64,000 nt of DNA from Ylistrum balloti (GCF_031769215.1 NW_026782224.1:372001-436000), one strand, 5' to 3'. Shown: positions 1-14,970, numbered from the stretch's first letter. The notes: a model not told the origin generated them from the sequence alone. Translations and numbers: made by a program.

Positions 1-1765
1 ATTAAATTATGTTATTATTTTTTTTGTTCGCCCGTCAAAATGAATAGAATGAGAGTAGAGTTAAGCTAGCATTCTATTTGACGCCTGGTTCTGATGACTT
101 CTGTCTGAGACAGGGACTGCAGTTAGTTATTAGGTGTTTAACAACATGCAGTCGTTTCTGTAGTTTTTTTTACATGGTGTATGTCGGCAATGTAAGGTGG
201 AACACTTCATTATTCTTACCTCACTCCACATACAATGATTTATTGACAAAAAAGACGCTTTTCTTTAAAATCAATTATCAGCGTGAAACGATCAGAAGTA
301 ATCATGACGTCACCAAACTTTTTTTGTAATTTTTATTTAATTGAAGACCGCGCCAGAGGAGAGCAGACAATGGCTGGTATGAATAGCAGAAAGAAACTTC
401 GATTCGCCTGTAGCTAGAATCACCGTGCTGGACAAGAAGACTTTAAAGGAAGAAAAAAAGATTTAAGGACTTCGCTGAGAGACAACCGACTACGTTTGCA
501 GAAAATATGCGGAAGCGGTTGAAACATAGACCAAAATAGAACCGAGTAAGCGTCTACATCATATCAAGCGACTGTCAACGGAAGGAAAGTAATCAAACAA
601 TTTCCCTAAATAACTAATTAAATAATTTTCAAGTCCCGATTTTTTTCCTTCTATATCTTTGTAATTTTAGTTCGGATGACTCGAATTTCATTGAGTCGAA
701 ATTTCGTTTATGTCGAAGCGATTTTTCAGTCCCTTCTATTGTAAAGCAAGAGACAACTCACTCGTTGTCTCGAAGTTGATGTACATATATGACGTTTAAT
801 GAGTTTACAGTTCTTATTTGAATCCATAAAATGTTTCTACGATATTTTGGCTGTCTTTGGCGATCTAAATGAAACTTAAATGACGAGTTTCATAAAGTGT
901 ATGCCAAATAGAATTGAATTAAAGCTGATTTGTATCACGTTCTCAATTTTGTAAGCAAATATGTTGGAATTTGGATAGAATTTATGTCTGTGAAATTAAG
1001 ATAATTTCCTTTCTATATCCATTTTCACATTAAAACGTGTTCCGTGAAAGTGTAAAGTCATTTCATCATCTAAAGAGATACCAAAATAAGCTATATTACA
1101 CGTGTGTAATTAACTGTACAGTAAGGCAACCACGTGACAGAGTAAAATCTTAAGACTTAGTTAATATATGTATTTGTTGAATATGGATCGTATTTACAAC
1201 GTATGATAGTAAAATGTAATGCTGATACAATCATACTCAAGAGCGTCCAGGGGTGGGTAAGAGTTTGTTTGACAAATTAACAAATTCACTTACGTGTCTT
1301 TTGTGAAAAAAAATTCAGGCAACACATGATCTATTATTCGGAATTTTATCGTTCATAATAGTTAAAGTAAAAAATTATATATATTGGTGTGTTTTTTAAG
1401 ACTTGTGATAAAAAATGATCCGGGAACGGCAGGGATTATCTCTAATTAAATGATATTTGAATCTATAATGTGAATCAAAGGTTGACAAAAACTACTTTTC
1501 TGGTAAAATGTACTTACAATGACCAACACGATAGTATGCATTTTCAGAACCATTAGCACCAGTTTGCACTTCTGTTTCAACAAGACTAACAAGTAACAAG
1601 AGTGTCTTCCGTTACACAGCAAGTCTGTATGTTACATTCAGCAGGCTTTCCATTACAGACTCATCACCTTTGTTACACATATGTATAGTCCATGTATTAT
1701 CCATATAACTACCTTGTATGACTCAAGGGTGACCCGTTTTCTTATTTACTAAATTATACGTTTCT

Positions 1766-1996
1766 NNNNNNNNNNNNNNNNNNNNNNNNNNNNNNNNNNN
1801 NNNNNNNNNNNNNNNNNNNNNNNNNNNNNNNNNNNNNNNNNNNNNNNNNNNNNNNNNNNNNNNNNNNNNNNNNNNNNNNNNNNNNNNNNNNNNNNNNNNN
1901 NNNNNNNNNNNNNNNNNNNNNNNNNNNNNNNNNNNNNNNNNNNNNNNNNNNNNNNNNNNNNNNNNNNNNNNNNNNNNNNNNNNNNNNNNNNNNNNN
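1766..1996. other. Assembly gap
   Basis: Run of N. Confidence 1.
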
Positions 1997-3049
1997 CAAT
2001 GTAAAAGACACGATCGCCTTTATCTATACCGCGCAATAATTTATTTTATATGTCATGTTTTCTTATTTCAATAAAGCAATGAGAAAAGCAAGCAAAGAAT
2101 GCTGAATATCTCACACAGCTTCTCAACAGTCAACGACTCATCCATCTGTTATTAGTATATTGCAATTAAAGGTGACAATAAAAAATACGAGAATAAGATT
2201 AAACGTCACTTACCTTAAAATAGAAATGATATGAAGATGAGATAATTTCATTATCTTACGGATTTGGTTGTGTCCACATACGTTGTAACTGATGACATTG
2301 CCGAAGATCGCTTCATGATATGTACCAGACTATTGGTGGCTGACTCGCGCGCATTAAAGCACACAACACTATCCGTGGGAAAAGTAAAATAAAATGTTAC
2401 GTACCTGATTAACGAAAAGGCGACTATCACTGGGCCAAGCATATTGGGGTAAAGACAAAATGTCCAGTCGGGAGCAGAGAGAAAGTGTGATGTAGAATTA
2501 TTTTGCTATCCGGCTTTAGGCCTGATTAGAGAACGAACGATCGGAAATGTCTCGGAGAGAACAGTTGGAGCATAGTATAGAGACAGCGCATTAAGCCAGG
2601 ACGTGCGCTCCTGTACGATGAAGGGTATCATTGTGAGTGTTTCTAAGATATTGTTTTAAGGGTATTGATTGATCTATACTATTCTTAGCATTATTTGCTA
2701 AAATAAATAAAAGTATCATTCATGTTGTTCTTACATCAAAGGAGGTAAATTTTATATAACACACGCGCTGCTCTAAATATACTGATTTTAACCTCTCCCG
2801 CAAGCTAAAACACTGAAACACAGCATCGATATATCTTCTTTCCAAACAGAGCATGTTGTGCTTAGTTCAAAGACGTGTCATTGAGCAAGAGCCTCATTCA
2901 AAAGTACCTAAAATCCGCTATCGAATTAATATTTATATTCGATTTAAGTCATTCTTTTTGACAAACTCAGTGATGATTGTACAAAACACAACAAAAATCT
3001 AAGATAAAATTGAGTCAGATATTAAGTTAAACTGAATTATACAGTTGTA

Positions 3050-3485
3050 AGTAGGCCTTTATTGTGTAAACAATCCTTTGTTGTGTAATCAAGCCTTTAT
3101 TTTGTACACAAGCCTTTAATGTGTTAAAAAGCCTTTATTTTATACATAAGCCTATATTGGGTTAACAAGCCTTTATTGTGTAAACAAGCCTTTATTGTGT
3201 TGACAAGCCTTTATCGTATATATAAGCCTTTATTGTGTAAACAAGCCTTTATTGTGTAAACAAGTATAATTGTGTACGCGAGTCTTTATTGTTGTAAACA
3301 AACCTTTATTGTGTAAAAAAATTATTGTGTAAACAAACCTTTATTGTGTAAACTAGCCTTAATGGTATACATAAGCCTTTATTGTGTTAACAATCCTTTA
3401 TCGTATACATAAGCCTTTATTGTGTAATCAAGCCTTTATTGTTTAAACAATCTTTAAGTGTGTAAATAAGCCTTTTTGTGAAAAC
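3050..3485. repeat. Degenerate ~20-bp minisatellite
   Basis: Repeated aaacaagcctttattgtgt variants. Confidence 0.85.
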
Positions 3486-3489
3486 AAGC

Positions 3490-4320
3490 CTTTATTGCGT
3501 GACAGAAAAAGTAATGTCCATTAAACAGATTGTGAAAGAAAAAGTAATGATCAATTAAACAGATTGTGATAGAAAAAAGTAATGTCCAATTAAACAGATT
3601 GTGAAAGAAAAAGTAATGGTCAGTTAAACAGATTGTGATAGAAAAAGTAATGATCAATTAAACAGATTGTGATAAAAAAGTAATGTCCAATTAAACAGAT
3701 TGTGAAAGAAAAAGTAATGGTCAGTTAAACAGATTGTGAAAGAAAAAGTAATGATCAATTAAACAGATTGTGAAAGAAAAAGTAATGGTCAGTTAAACAG
3801 ATTGTGATAGAAAAAGTAACGGTCAGTTAAACAGATTGTGATAGAAAAGTAATGTCCAATTAAACAGATTGTGAAAGAAAAAGTAATGGTCAGTTAAACA
3901 GATTGTGATAGAAAAAGTAACGGTGTGATAGAAAAAGTACTATCAATTAAACAGATTGTGAAAGAAAAAGTAATGGTCAGTTAAACAGATTGTGATAGAA
4001 AAAGTAACGGTCAGTTAAACAGATTGTGATAGAAAAGTAATGTCAATTAAACAGATTGTGAAAGAAAAAGTAATGGTCAGTTAAACAGATTGTGAAAGAA
4101 AAAAAGTAAACAGATTGTGATAGAAAAGTAATGTCAATTAAACAGATTGTGAAAGAAAAAGTAATGGTCAGTTAAACAGATTGTGAAAGAAAAAGTAACG
4201 GTCAGTTAAACAGATTGTGATAGAAAAGTAATGTCAATTAAACAGATTGTGAAAGAAAAAGTAATGGTCAGTTAAACAGATTGTGATAGAAAAAGTACTA
4301 TCAATTAAACAGATTGTGAT
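3490..4320. repeat. 33-34-bp minisatellite, ~24 copies
   Basis: Unit ttaaacagattgtga(a/t)agaaaaagtaatggtcag. Confidence 0.92.
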
Positions 4321-5367
4321 ACCAATTATTGTGATTGCCACTTATACTTATACTTATACAGTGACTTTTGAGTTTCCACACTTTTAGTATTATCTTGAAA
4401 TATCATTAAAGGCCAGTCTCGAAATAATAGTCTTTCTCTAGCAGCTAATGTTATGTGTCTTCTATCAGCGTGATCCAACTGGCAGTCAATGTAACTGATT
4501 CATTCAAATCAGTTATGTTAAATGACATTAACATTGTATATACCCCTCACCCCCACCCCCCTCCACCCCCACCCCTCCATCCTCTGACAAATGGAAATTG
4601 AATAAAGGGGATATGCATAATAAAACTACTGTAAAATATTTGTGTATAATTGCATAATTGCAAACACCACAACGATACAGAATTAGTTTGACAATAAACA
4701 TTGCACGCCTGTTAAGAGGAAACGGAAATAAACGAGGAGTGTGTAAAATCACACAAGGCGAAGCTTCAAAGGTTGAAACTTAATGTAAAAAAAATATGTC
4801 TATATCTATATGTATATATTACTTTGGGGCAAATTCTGAATTTGTAGTATTTCATATTTTTCCATTTTTCAAAAACATGTAAGGCACTTCCAGTTCGCTC
4901 TGGTTGCCCACAAAAAGACGCCGGGCGAAAAAACGAAAGCTTGCAAAAGCGGAAAACCGATGTTTATAAGACATTGACAGAAAATGCAAAAAACAAATGA
5001 ATAATTTAATAAGGACATTTCTTTGTTAGGATCAGCACTGAACGCATAATTTAAATATATATGTATATGTTAAAGGGTCTTTCAAACTGAGCTACATGAA
5101 CGAACTCTGAATTAGGGAAATCAAAAATGTAGCTGATGTACACGTATTTTATTTGAATTTACAAAACACAAGACTGAAATCGTCATCCTTCACTTTCAGT
5201 ACAAAGCAGAATAATTCTAAGATATTTCAGAATGTAAAGTTACGTTGTTGATGTAGTAACAATTACATGTACCTGATATGAAATTAAACTTCTTCGGTAA
5301 TAACGGATGTGAACTATCAAATACATTATGTCTGTCTGTCTATAAAGAAAAGATGTTATAGTAATTG

Positions 5368-5695
5368 TTTAGGAGTAACGGGCCTTTGGAGTATCGGACC
5401 TTAGGAGTAACGGGCCTTTGGGGAAACGGGCCTTTGGAGTAACGGGCCTTTGGAGTATCGGACCTTAGGAGTAACGGGCCTTTGGAGAAACGGGCCTTTG
5501 GGGGCCTTTGGAGTAACGGACCTTTGGAGTATCGGACCTTTGGAGTAACGGACCTTTGGAGTATCGGACCTTTGGAGTAACGGGCCTTTGGAGTATCGGA
5601 TTTTTGGAGTAATGGACCTTTGGAGTATCGGATTTTTGGAGTAACGGGCCTTTGGAGTATCGGATTATTGGAGTAATGGGCCTTTGGAGTATTCG
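5368..5695. repeat. GC-richer 15-16-bp minisatellite with alternating subunits
   Basis: Alternating ctttggagtaacgggc and ctttggagtatcggac units. Confidence 0.9.
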
Positions 5696-6559
5696 GCCTG
5701 TTTTTCTGTTCATGTATCACGGAACATATTCCATATAACATTATATGAACGAGATGAGTGTTGCCATATTTTTCTCTGTATATCGTAATATTCATTCAAT
5801 TTAACAAATGAGGGAGATGTTCTCTTTAAAATCTTTAGACTTTGCATGTTGAAATTAACACCTAAATATTTTCGGAAATGCACACTTAACCGTAGATATG
5901 ATAATGAATATCTTTAAATATTTTCGACGTACTTTTACGGACATAAAGAAAAAAAGAAGAAAAAACACATTTAATATCAATGGAACTGAAACTGTTGACA
6001 GCCATGTTGTCTTTTAAAGGCATTATATGTGGAGAGAAGAGAGAGAGGCGATGATAAATTGCAGTACGCTGTTCCAAACCCCATCTATAATTCATAACTA
6101 TGTAATATATTTCAATCAAACAATTTTTGATTGATATAAGGTGTTCAATCATTATGTACACATAAGCTTAGCGCTTCAAAGCTGTGTAATCGATACGTGT
6201 ATCTGTCTAACTGTCATATCAGTTTCATTTTTATCTTCTTGTATTTCTTTTTTAAAAATAGTGTAACAGAAGGCAACAAAGCGAAAAGACAAAAGTACAG
6301 AAACCCACCAAAGCGAAACAACGAAAAGACACAAAACTGGAGTTTAAAAAATGCCATTTTTATTTTATTTTGTTTTATTGATTTTTTTTATCCCAGTTTA
6401 GCATCTTTTTGATATTTCACTTTGGTGGGTTTCCGTGGGCAACAAAAATAAAAGACGAAATGTCAGGCTTAAACAACCATATTTCAGGTAAATGTATCTA
6501 TTTTGTCGTCCCAGACAATCAGGCGTTAACGATTCTTATTAGCTGAGAGGTAAGCAACT

Positions 6560-6695
6560 TAATTCTGTAAGGTTTATCTGACCTAATCTACCTTACAGAC
6601 AAGGAACTCAACACTGTAAGATTATCTAGATAAAACGTTAAATTATCTTCAATCTGACCTAATCTACCTTACAGACAAGGAACTCAATACTGTTG
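6560..6695. repeat. Short direct duplication
   Basis: atctgacctaatctaccttacagacaaggaactcaa(c/t)actgt occurs twice. Confidence 0.8.
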
Positions 6696-6960
6696 CTAAA
6701 CATTGGAGGTTAGGAAAGTGATTTCAATTGTCAAAATAGCGTTACCTCAGAGAGAAACAAAAAATCCGAAGTCAGCTTAAGGTAAGGATAACATAGGTTT
6801 GAGGTCAGATACTTTATAAAGGTTTAAGATAGACAGGTGCTTATGAATCAGTCATTTTTATAGAGTTATAAATACCAGACTACCAGAAATACCTATACAC
6901 GTGTCGTGTTTAGCATTAAGATTAGGGTGCAGCAGTAAGACAATGGACATAATTGTGACA

Positions 6961-7092
6961 CTCTATCAACTTTATCTATTTGCTTTATCAATCAACTTTA
7001 TCTATTAGTTTTATCTATTAGCTTTATCTATTAGCTTTATCTATCAACTTTATCTATTAGTTTAATTTATTAGCTTTATTTATTAGCTCTAT
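6961..7092. repeat. ~12-bp low-complexity tandem repeat
   Basis: Repeated ctttatctattag / ctttatctatcaa. Confidence 0.8.
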
Positions 7093-8519
7093 CGTTTTCC
7101 TTTTTATATCAGACTGAAGTTTTCGAAGGTTTTTGAAAAATAAAAAAAAAATCAGATAAAATTTGAAGTTTGGAAGATCGAAATCGACTTGTTGGAATAG
7201 ATGTTTTTATTTGTTTTGATTCTTTGCTAATTTAATGTTTTGCAAAACACATCTTTATTTTTGTAACGTGGGTGGCTTTATTGTAAACACTTTGGACTTC
7301 TTCAGCTCTTTGTCCCCAGAAATTTCTCAGGATTGTACAAACAACCGCTTGTTTAATCATCTCAACAAGTTCTTTTTGAAATTATTCTGAATTAATGAAT
7401 TTTTAACATTATATTCTTCTGAAAAATATCTTGAGATTAATGAGAAAATCAATTGAGTTATTCAAAGATGCAGCAATTCATCGTTTATTTACTTGGCTTC
7501 ACTCAATGTTTCATTACGACAATATTGAATAACACTATGATTAACTGCCGCAAAGTCGGGCGTACAGAAGTAGACACAAACAGATGAAGTCGGATGACAG
7601 ACGGACAGATAAGTATACAGTATATCAAATGCGAAACATATTATATATATATTTCTTTTTATCGCTTATGTATTCAAACATTTAGGACCAAGGGGTCTCA
7701 TTGCTTGAAGACACAACCAAGAAAACAAATGTAGTCAAAGGGAGGAGAACACAGAGTTGTACAATATGCGATGTGCGCGATGTGCCCGCGATATGAAAAC
7801 TGGATGAAATAAGTTATTGCACATTTGCGCGCAGAATGTGCGTTTTTATCGCACAAAAACATGATTCCAGCCTTATTAGAACTGATCTGTAGATATGTGT
7901 GTTTGTCACATGGACGATCTAACCAGTACGGATCCGAACCAGTCAAGTATATACACGTATACAGGTAACACTTGTTGCACGAGGCACAACACAGGCGCCT
8001 TCTAAGGTACGATAACGATACGATAAAAAATCATATCTTTGCATGGGATATGCAGTGTTATTTCGAAAACTTTCGAATTAAAAAAGACTTTCATAATTAC
8101 CGAACAGTGTTGATTCTCCTTGTTCGTTATATAGTCACAGCTTCATAGGTTTTCAATCCGTAATATTAGCCAACCATTTTACATTTTACTGTGCCAACTT
8201 ATCGCAAAGTTGAGCACTAGATTGATATATATTGTGTGCGCACGATGTGCGGACAAGGTACGCACGATGTGCGTGTGATATTTTTTGGCGTTGTGCGTCA
8301 TCACAACTGTATCTTATCACAGCTTGTCTAGGCAATTTCCTCAAACCACCTTAGTGAAAGATCAGAACCTTATGACCACGCAAATACCCTGTCATCTAAA
8401 TTGTACTAGGTTTCCATATTCTATTAATAGTTAAATAGCTACATATCACATATTCATTGAAAAAAAAATGCAAAAGAATTAACATAACATTACTTATTAA
8501 CGCCTGATTATTTGTTATT

Positions 8520-10778
8520 CTAGATAGGCGTCCATACTACTGGTTTACCTGGAAATCTACGCCTTATTGTTGTCGTCAATATTTTTACATGCTCGGCTAT
8601 TGCTTTAGCCAGTGCACCACTGTATAACCTTTCCGTATCGATCTTATTCTTGTGTTGCCTCCGAAACTTTCCCTCGAGGTTTTTCTTCAAACACATTTTG
8701 TCAGCTTCCGTCATTGTAAAATTAAGAAAGCGTATTGCCTGTTCTATTTGTAAGACTGGGTTAGCTTTCAGCTCTTCGTAAAAGACAATATGTAGAGGAT
8801 TGCGATATCTTTTAACCCAATCATTATTCAGATCAAACCACAAATGAACACGCTCCTCTGCAAAACGTACCCAGCCTGTAAAAATATGTATAGAAATCAT
8901 AAGTGCCAGAATTCTCAGCTTAATGTATTTATACTTACAAGCATAGAGAGCAAAAAATAAGGAAAGATTAGTTAATACACAAGTTTAAGAAAGTATTTTC
9001 TTTACAATAACATCACTTAAGTAAACGTTTAAAAATAAACATGAAACGCTAAACATACATGTACAAAATCACGATATATCATGTCCATGGTTTTGATTCA
9101 TATTGGTAATTTTCAATTGTTTGCATACACTCACTATCTGCCTGTAAAGCTAGTTCAGTACAGAGATTAGTAAACTATTTTTAGACATAAGGAGTCTATA
9201 TACTTAACCACTTAAAGGCTTTGTTCAGAAGAAGTAAAGGTAATTTTACATCGGTGAATATGAAGTTATTAACATTGATTTTCTTTGATACGTATCGCCT
9301 TAATCGTACATTGCGCTATATAGGAACAGGGGGTACGTTTATTTTGGAACGTTGTGAAGTGTACAGTTTTACCTTATTAAATATAATTAAGTGTACATTA
9401 AGATTTAAGAAAACTTTGACTTCATAAATATAGTGATGATTAACAAAATTAATCGTTTATTTTCAAATAACGTGACATAAACAGGAACATTGCCAAATTC
9501 ATAACATGAAAAAACTTACGATCTGTGTGAAACAGATATGGACGCGCTTCCCGAACGTGTCTTCCACCATTGAAAAAATGAAAGCTAGACAAAATGGAGT
9601 CTCGAGGATGTCGTAATATCAAAATGGCCCGGTCATAAAAGGTTTGATATTCTGTATGCCATTCATGTGTTTTAATGACAAGACATGTCTTTATTCTTGT
9701 ACATTTATTTTCACCCCAAAATCCGTTCATTTGCAGCTCTCCGTCATTATATATACTGCCGGTACGTATACCTGAATATAGCAAATGCATTAAATGTCTT
9801 AGAGATATGTGGTCTGTCAGTAGAGATTGATTTTGATACATGGAGTTTGTGTACAGGGGAAAATATCGACATCATACTACCTCGTTGACAACTTTTTGAA
9901 GGAATATATGCGAAAACGCGTTTAAGTAAAGGCGACACAAGTTTAACATGTGCTATCAAACTAAATTTCTGGACATTGAGGAACTTAGGTAGATGACGGT
10001 TTTGGCAATATCTACTCTACCATCATTGACATAATTACTTTTCTGGGTAATTATTTGGAATAAACATTTTTAAAATACATTAACGTAAATGGGACATACT
10101 ATTTGTGTGATTCTTCTATAAAACAGCGGAATTCTAAAGTATGTTTGCCTTCAACATTTACTGAAATGTTATTTTGATGGGTTTTTAAAGAAACACAGCC
10201 GTATGTTTTATACCTGTTGCTTGTTGAAGTAAATGGCGTGTCCATGTGTTTCCTGATCCAGGCGAACTAGCTAAGGCTGTCCTGGGAAGGTGTGAACGTG
10301 ATAACGAAACGAAATCTCTCTTACATCTCTTATGCACGCTATTAACCTGACGTCGATTTCTTAGTGTCTCTGGTGTTCTGTCTGTTACTTCGTTTTCTGC
10401 TACTTTCGGTTTACGTGTTGGAGTGTTGTACAATATTCGATTCACTCTTATAAGATGTTTCGTTCTATTTTTTGATGCTTTTTGTACCTCATTCTGGTCA
10501 AATAACTGTGTTTCCTTTATTTTTGTCCATGGTGATTGATGATATTGTGTGTCTTTGTTTTCTTCATGTTTTCTTAGACCTGGGAAAGCACTGACACTGT
10601 GGCCAAGCTCCAAGATTTGATAGCTAGTTTTACGTTGTCTAACATCATCGGGGATGCAGATGTGGTCACCACAAAAAATGTTCAGGCAATAATACAACAC
10701 TGTACCAGCGGTCAGCGAATACAGCAATGTGACAACCGTCAGAAGTCCAATGTATCGTAACCGGAAGTTGGATCGCAT
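8520..10778 (-). CDS. WSCD-type (sialate O-sulfotransferase-like) Golgi type II membrane sulfotransferase without WSC domains, ~390 aa, 3 exons
   Basis: Exons 10778-10214, 9771-9520 and 8875-8520 have GT-AG borders, both introns phase 1, and join into one ORF (1173 nt). N-terminal signal anchor (YIGLLTVVTLLYSLTAGTVLYYCL), 5'-PSB loop LASSPGSGNTWTRHLLQQATG, KTH motif, 3'-PB ILILRHPRDSILSSF, and VFYEELK. The ORF track's 10802 start is TTG; the first ATG is at 10778. Confidence 0.88.
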
Positions 10779-13700
10779 GTTACATCGGCTTACTATAGAC
10801 AAAGAAAGTAGCAGTCTCCAAACCTTCTCACAGTACGCGGTAAAAGAATTCCTCTGTACTGTTTAACTGTGTCCTCACAACAGATTATCTGTAGATTTTG
10901 TACAACTGATTACTCATTAGTTTTGGTTTTGACTTAATCTGTGTGTTTGTTGTAGTTACACTCCATCATTGTCCGCGGGTTTCCATGATCTTCTGACGCA
11001 GTCTAATATTTAGGAATGGCATTTTGCAAACAGTATCCTTCCGAATATTCTTCTAGATAACGAAACGAATACAACTACCAAGACTGGACACAGATGTATA
11101 CTCGCCTTTGTGATTCGTGCCTTTATCAATCTTGTGAAATGATGTTATATTGTTATATATCTTCGTTATAATGAAGCACGCTATATAGAATACAATACTT
11201 TCCCTGTGACATATGTTGTTAAAAATACAGACTAACCAACAGCTGTATTTCAACTTAGGGTCAAAGGTCAATATAATTTAAGTAAACAGAAGTATATCCA
11301 GTGCCTTATTGGTTGCGTTACAATGCTTTGGTAAAAGTGCTCGGGTCTTCCGTGGTTTCCCGTAATCTACATGTCCCGTTTTAATCCATAGAAATAGTTA
11401 TTTGATTCAAAATAAACATATGTAGCTGACGATTTCTTTATTTGATACAATCCATTATCGTTTTTTGATGTTATTGTAATCATTATGGTGCTAGTGCACA
11501 CATTCCTCCATCCACATTACGGCCAATGTTGATTTTTCTCCGTCGCCACGAAGTAATCAACACTTTATACTATTAGTTTGCAGCTGTATCATTCAGTTTG
11601 AGTCATTGTTTCGCTCTACTGTAAATTATCTAATTATGTTCGAGATAAGTATTGGAAGGTCCAACTATCTTGTGCGTCTTTTGGTTCTGAGAACGTCAGA
11701 AATTTGTTTCAGAATAAAGAACTTTATTTGGCAAATCAGATTGTTCTAATACGTCTACAAGAGAATATGCATGTGTCGATAATATCGTAATTCAAATCTT
11801 AAATCAAATTTTGAAAAATGAAAAATGCTTTACATGGGAAACTTTGGTAAAATACAGGAACGAACTGTATTAAGACAAGATGTTCGAGAAGGTTAATCTT
11901 CTTCTTTATCAGAGAAACCTGTATAAGCGTGAAATAATTTCAATTTCCATATTGCAATTTTTTACAAGATAGAAATATATCATATGTCTGTTTCCTCAAC
12001 CTACGATGTCTACAAAGGGAAGTTGCTGATATCAAGGTCTGGCAGGTCCACTAATAACACAGGGTTGTAGGTTGATGAAGATCTCAGGGAAAGATTGACG
12101 AAAGTAATAAGCATTCCCGTTAATATGTCTGGTGATACCATAGGTAACCTGGTATTTGTTTTAGTTTCAAGTGCGAATGTATTGACATATAGTACTTACT
12201 GCGATTCGTCTAACACAAAAATTGTCATATTCTAAAACTAAGAGCCTGGTTGATAGGAACGAAACCAGTACCAAACGAAGTTCGTTCAAAACAGATATTG
12301 TTTAAATGGTAACAATATATATTTTATACTGACCTGCGATTTTCCAGTAAATAAAAAAAAAGCTGAATATTTCTGGAAGAGTTAAGCTGCCATAATTCAT
12401 ATATGCATGCATGGATAAAGGAGATAACTATACCTGGTAATATGTCAGCCTTGTTTTGTTCATAATTCACAATTGTGTTAAAGATCAACATACTCAATGA
12501 TTTACATAAAAGGCATAACAGAACGCAATATACATCATCACCCATAATGCTACACAAAAGATGCGTCCAAATTGGCTCAGATACTGTATAGTCCTGTAGA
12601 TGTGCTATCTATGTTAGACAAATTCTCAAATCATCACATATTACACAACGGTTACAGCAGTTGTATGTCATGCTAAAAATTAAAATGTGTAAAGAAAAGC
12701 GTTTTTATCTGGACCCAAACAGACGCGTCATTTCATATATGATTGTATGGTAGCTGTATTTAAACTTACTGGCATTGCCTATAACAAAAACCTTTGCCTT
12801 TTTTCCCGAATGCTAAACATGAAAGAATAAGTTATCTTTAGTACGGATTCACGTACACGGGCTTGAAGTGATTTCCTAGTATTTTTGGTTTTGATTTGTT
12901 CACAATCTTCATGTTTATTACTTGCCATGAATACCCCTGTACTGGTGATCCGAAGCTGGTCTTATTAATCTGTTAAGATCGAGGTGACAGCTTGAATGAA
13001 AATCATCAGAAAATAAAATGATGTTGAGTTCGACAATGAGAGTAAATATTAGAAATTCACCATTGCTCAGTGAAAATATAACAATAAGTATTGCAATACA
13101 ATATTGGATGTCAACACAAATAATGCCATTTCTCGTCACGCTCTGCTAAGTATCGTTTATTGTCATGGCATACATCTATCTGTCACGCACCAATGAATCT
13201 AGAAGTAGTGCAAACATCTGTGATTAAGTCGTTTAGTGTATATACAAGCATAGTATTGACTTCTGCCCACTTTAAGTACCGTTAGCCATTTCTGTAATCT
13301 AATCACTGTGAATGTTCAGTGTACAGTGAAAGATTTTAGGTCGTCAACAATATTGTGAAAGTCGTGCGCCTGACCTTCTCTTCCGAATGCATTGTAATAA
13401 TATTCATATTGTAATATTTCATTATAATATCTCTGTCAGAGCGAAATGAAGAGTAGTATGAAGATAATATTGTAAATTAAATAATACAAAAACGTTATCA
13501 ATAAGTCGTCCATATTTATTCAAAACTATGTTAACCTTGTATATTATAAAGTGAGATATGTAGATATTATATATATGATATGTTTTCTCATTTTCTATCA
13601 AACATTACAATAAACACCACGAGTGACTACGAGACAACAAGAGCGCGTGCAATGTGTACGATTGAGGGACAGACCGACAGATTTTGGATATTTCCTTCAG

Positions 13701-14026
13701 CGTCAGACAAAACACACCAATATCAGTGATGAACGAGTTGTGGAAACTTTTGACCGAGATGGTATCTCGTAGACTGATACATAGCCATGGATTCAATCGT
13801 CAAACATTTACACTGTTATGTCATAAAATCATCCAGCAGAAACCTAGATAAGTAGACGGACATCAGACTTTAATTCTCGCTTGTTGCAATTTCTATAGCC
13901 CTTTACGTTCGGTATATAAAAAGTAAAACATGTAACTTTTTTTTTATTGCTGAATTCATCAGTGTTGTCTGTAAGTCACAGTTTTATGAATAAACAATAG
14001 TATATGTAATAAGAGCAAATAAAGAA

Positions 14027-14027
<1 letters not shown>

Positions 14028-14057
<30 letters not shown>

Positions 14058-14066
14058 ATGTATGTC
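14028..14066. repeat. (TGTC)n microsatellite
   Basis: tgtctgtctgtc run. Confidence 0.9.
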
Positions 14067-14684
14067 TATGATATTAAATTGTTTTGTGACTCAACACAGA
14101 TTTATGATCTTTTTCTTTTAAAATCTGAAATTGTTTCTAATGCTGTTTGACCAAAGCATACTGCAATAGTTATGGAGAATGTGGTTATAAAAGGAAAATA
14201 TATAATTCTTAATAAAGAAAAAAACCCTCATGGTGGTGTGTCTAAAACAAAGCTTGATTTGATAGTAATGCCTTGTCATAGTTAAATCGATGTAATTTAT
14301 TTACCTCGATGCAAAATTTGTTCGTTATCTATAAGTAAATTTCTTATGTATAAATATCAAATTTTGAACGATGGCCTCCCATTAACATATTGTTCACCTG
14401 TAGAATAGAAGTTCTTATTACACAACCAATAGAAGATTTGTGTGTGGCGTTTCGATCAACTTTTTCTGCTGCATTATAATACTATGTACACTAAGGTTGA
14501 ATGTAGTGTGACAAGACGGCACATATATGACCAAGTGTTACGCAACGGGTAGCCGGATTGACCACAGTACATTGCTACCATCTGGTGTATTTTTGGTCTA
14601 TAATCTGTTAACCATTTCTTCACACCGTATTCAGCAATAGGATTATAGTGCAGTCGAAAACGTTGGCTGATTCCGTACCATCTA

Positions 14685-14970
14685 GTACACTACCTACGTC
14701 AGTGCTTCTACGCTCCACACTGGTCATTTGTCTGATGAAGGTGACCGTGTAGATCTCGTACACTACCTACGTCAGTGCTTCTACGCTCCACACTGGTCAT
14801 TTTCCTGATGAAGGTGACCGTGTAGATCTCGTACACTACCTACGTCAGTGCTTCTACGCTCCACACTGGTCATTTTCCTGATGAAGGTGACCGTGTAGAT
14901 CTCGGACACTACCTACGTCAGTGCTTCAACGCTCCACACTGGTCATTTTCCTGATGAAGGTGACCGTGTA
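14685..14970 (+). repeat. 73-bp tandem repeat, ~4 copies, each carrying the 5' half of the hammerhead motif
   Basis: Unit starts at 14685, 14758, 14831 and 14904 (gtacactacctacgtcagtgc...ctgatgaaggtgaccgtgtag). Confidence 0.95.

Noticed and set aside
1749-2036. ORFs spanning N runs (also at 32.4-32.9 kb and 34.4-34.9 kb)
   Set aside because: Artefacts of translating assembly gaps.
1612-2640. Exon-like segments near the first gap, on both strands
   Set aside because: No consistent frame or recognisable product could be assembled, and the gap prevents testing.
5340-5795. 151-aa and 82-aa basic, Pro-rich ORFs
   Set aside because: Minisatellite read-through.
12918-13139. Signal-peptide-like ORF with a donor site
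   Set aside because: Starts at GTG with an in-frame stop just upstream, and no downstream exon was found.
13840-13880. catcagactttaattctc, resembling the 3' side of a Penelope hammerhead
   Set aside because: The CTGATGA and GAAA core is missing.
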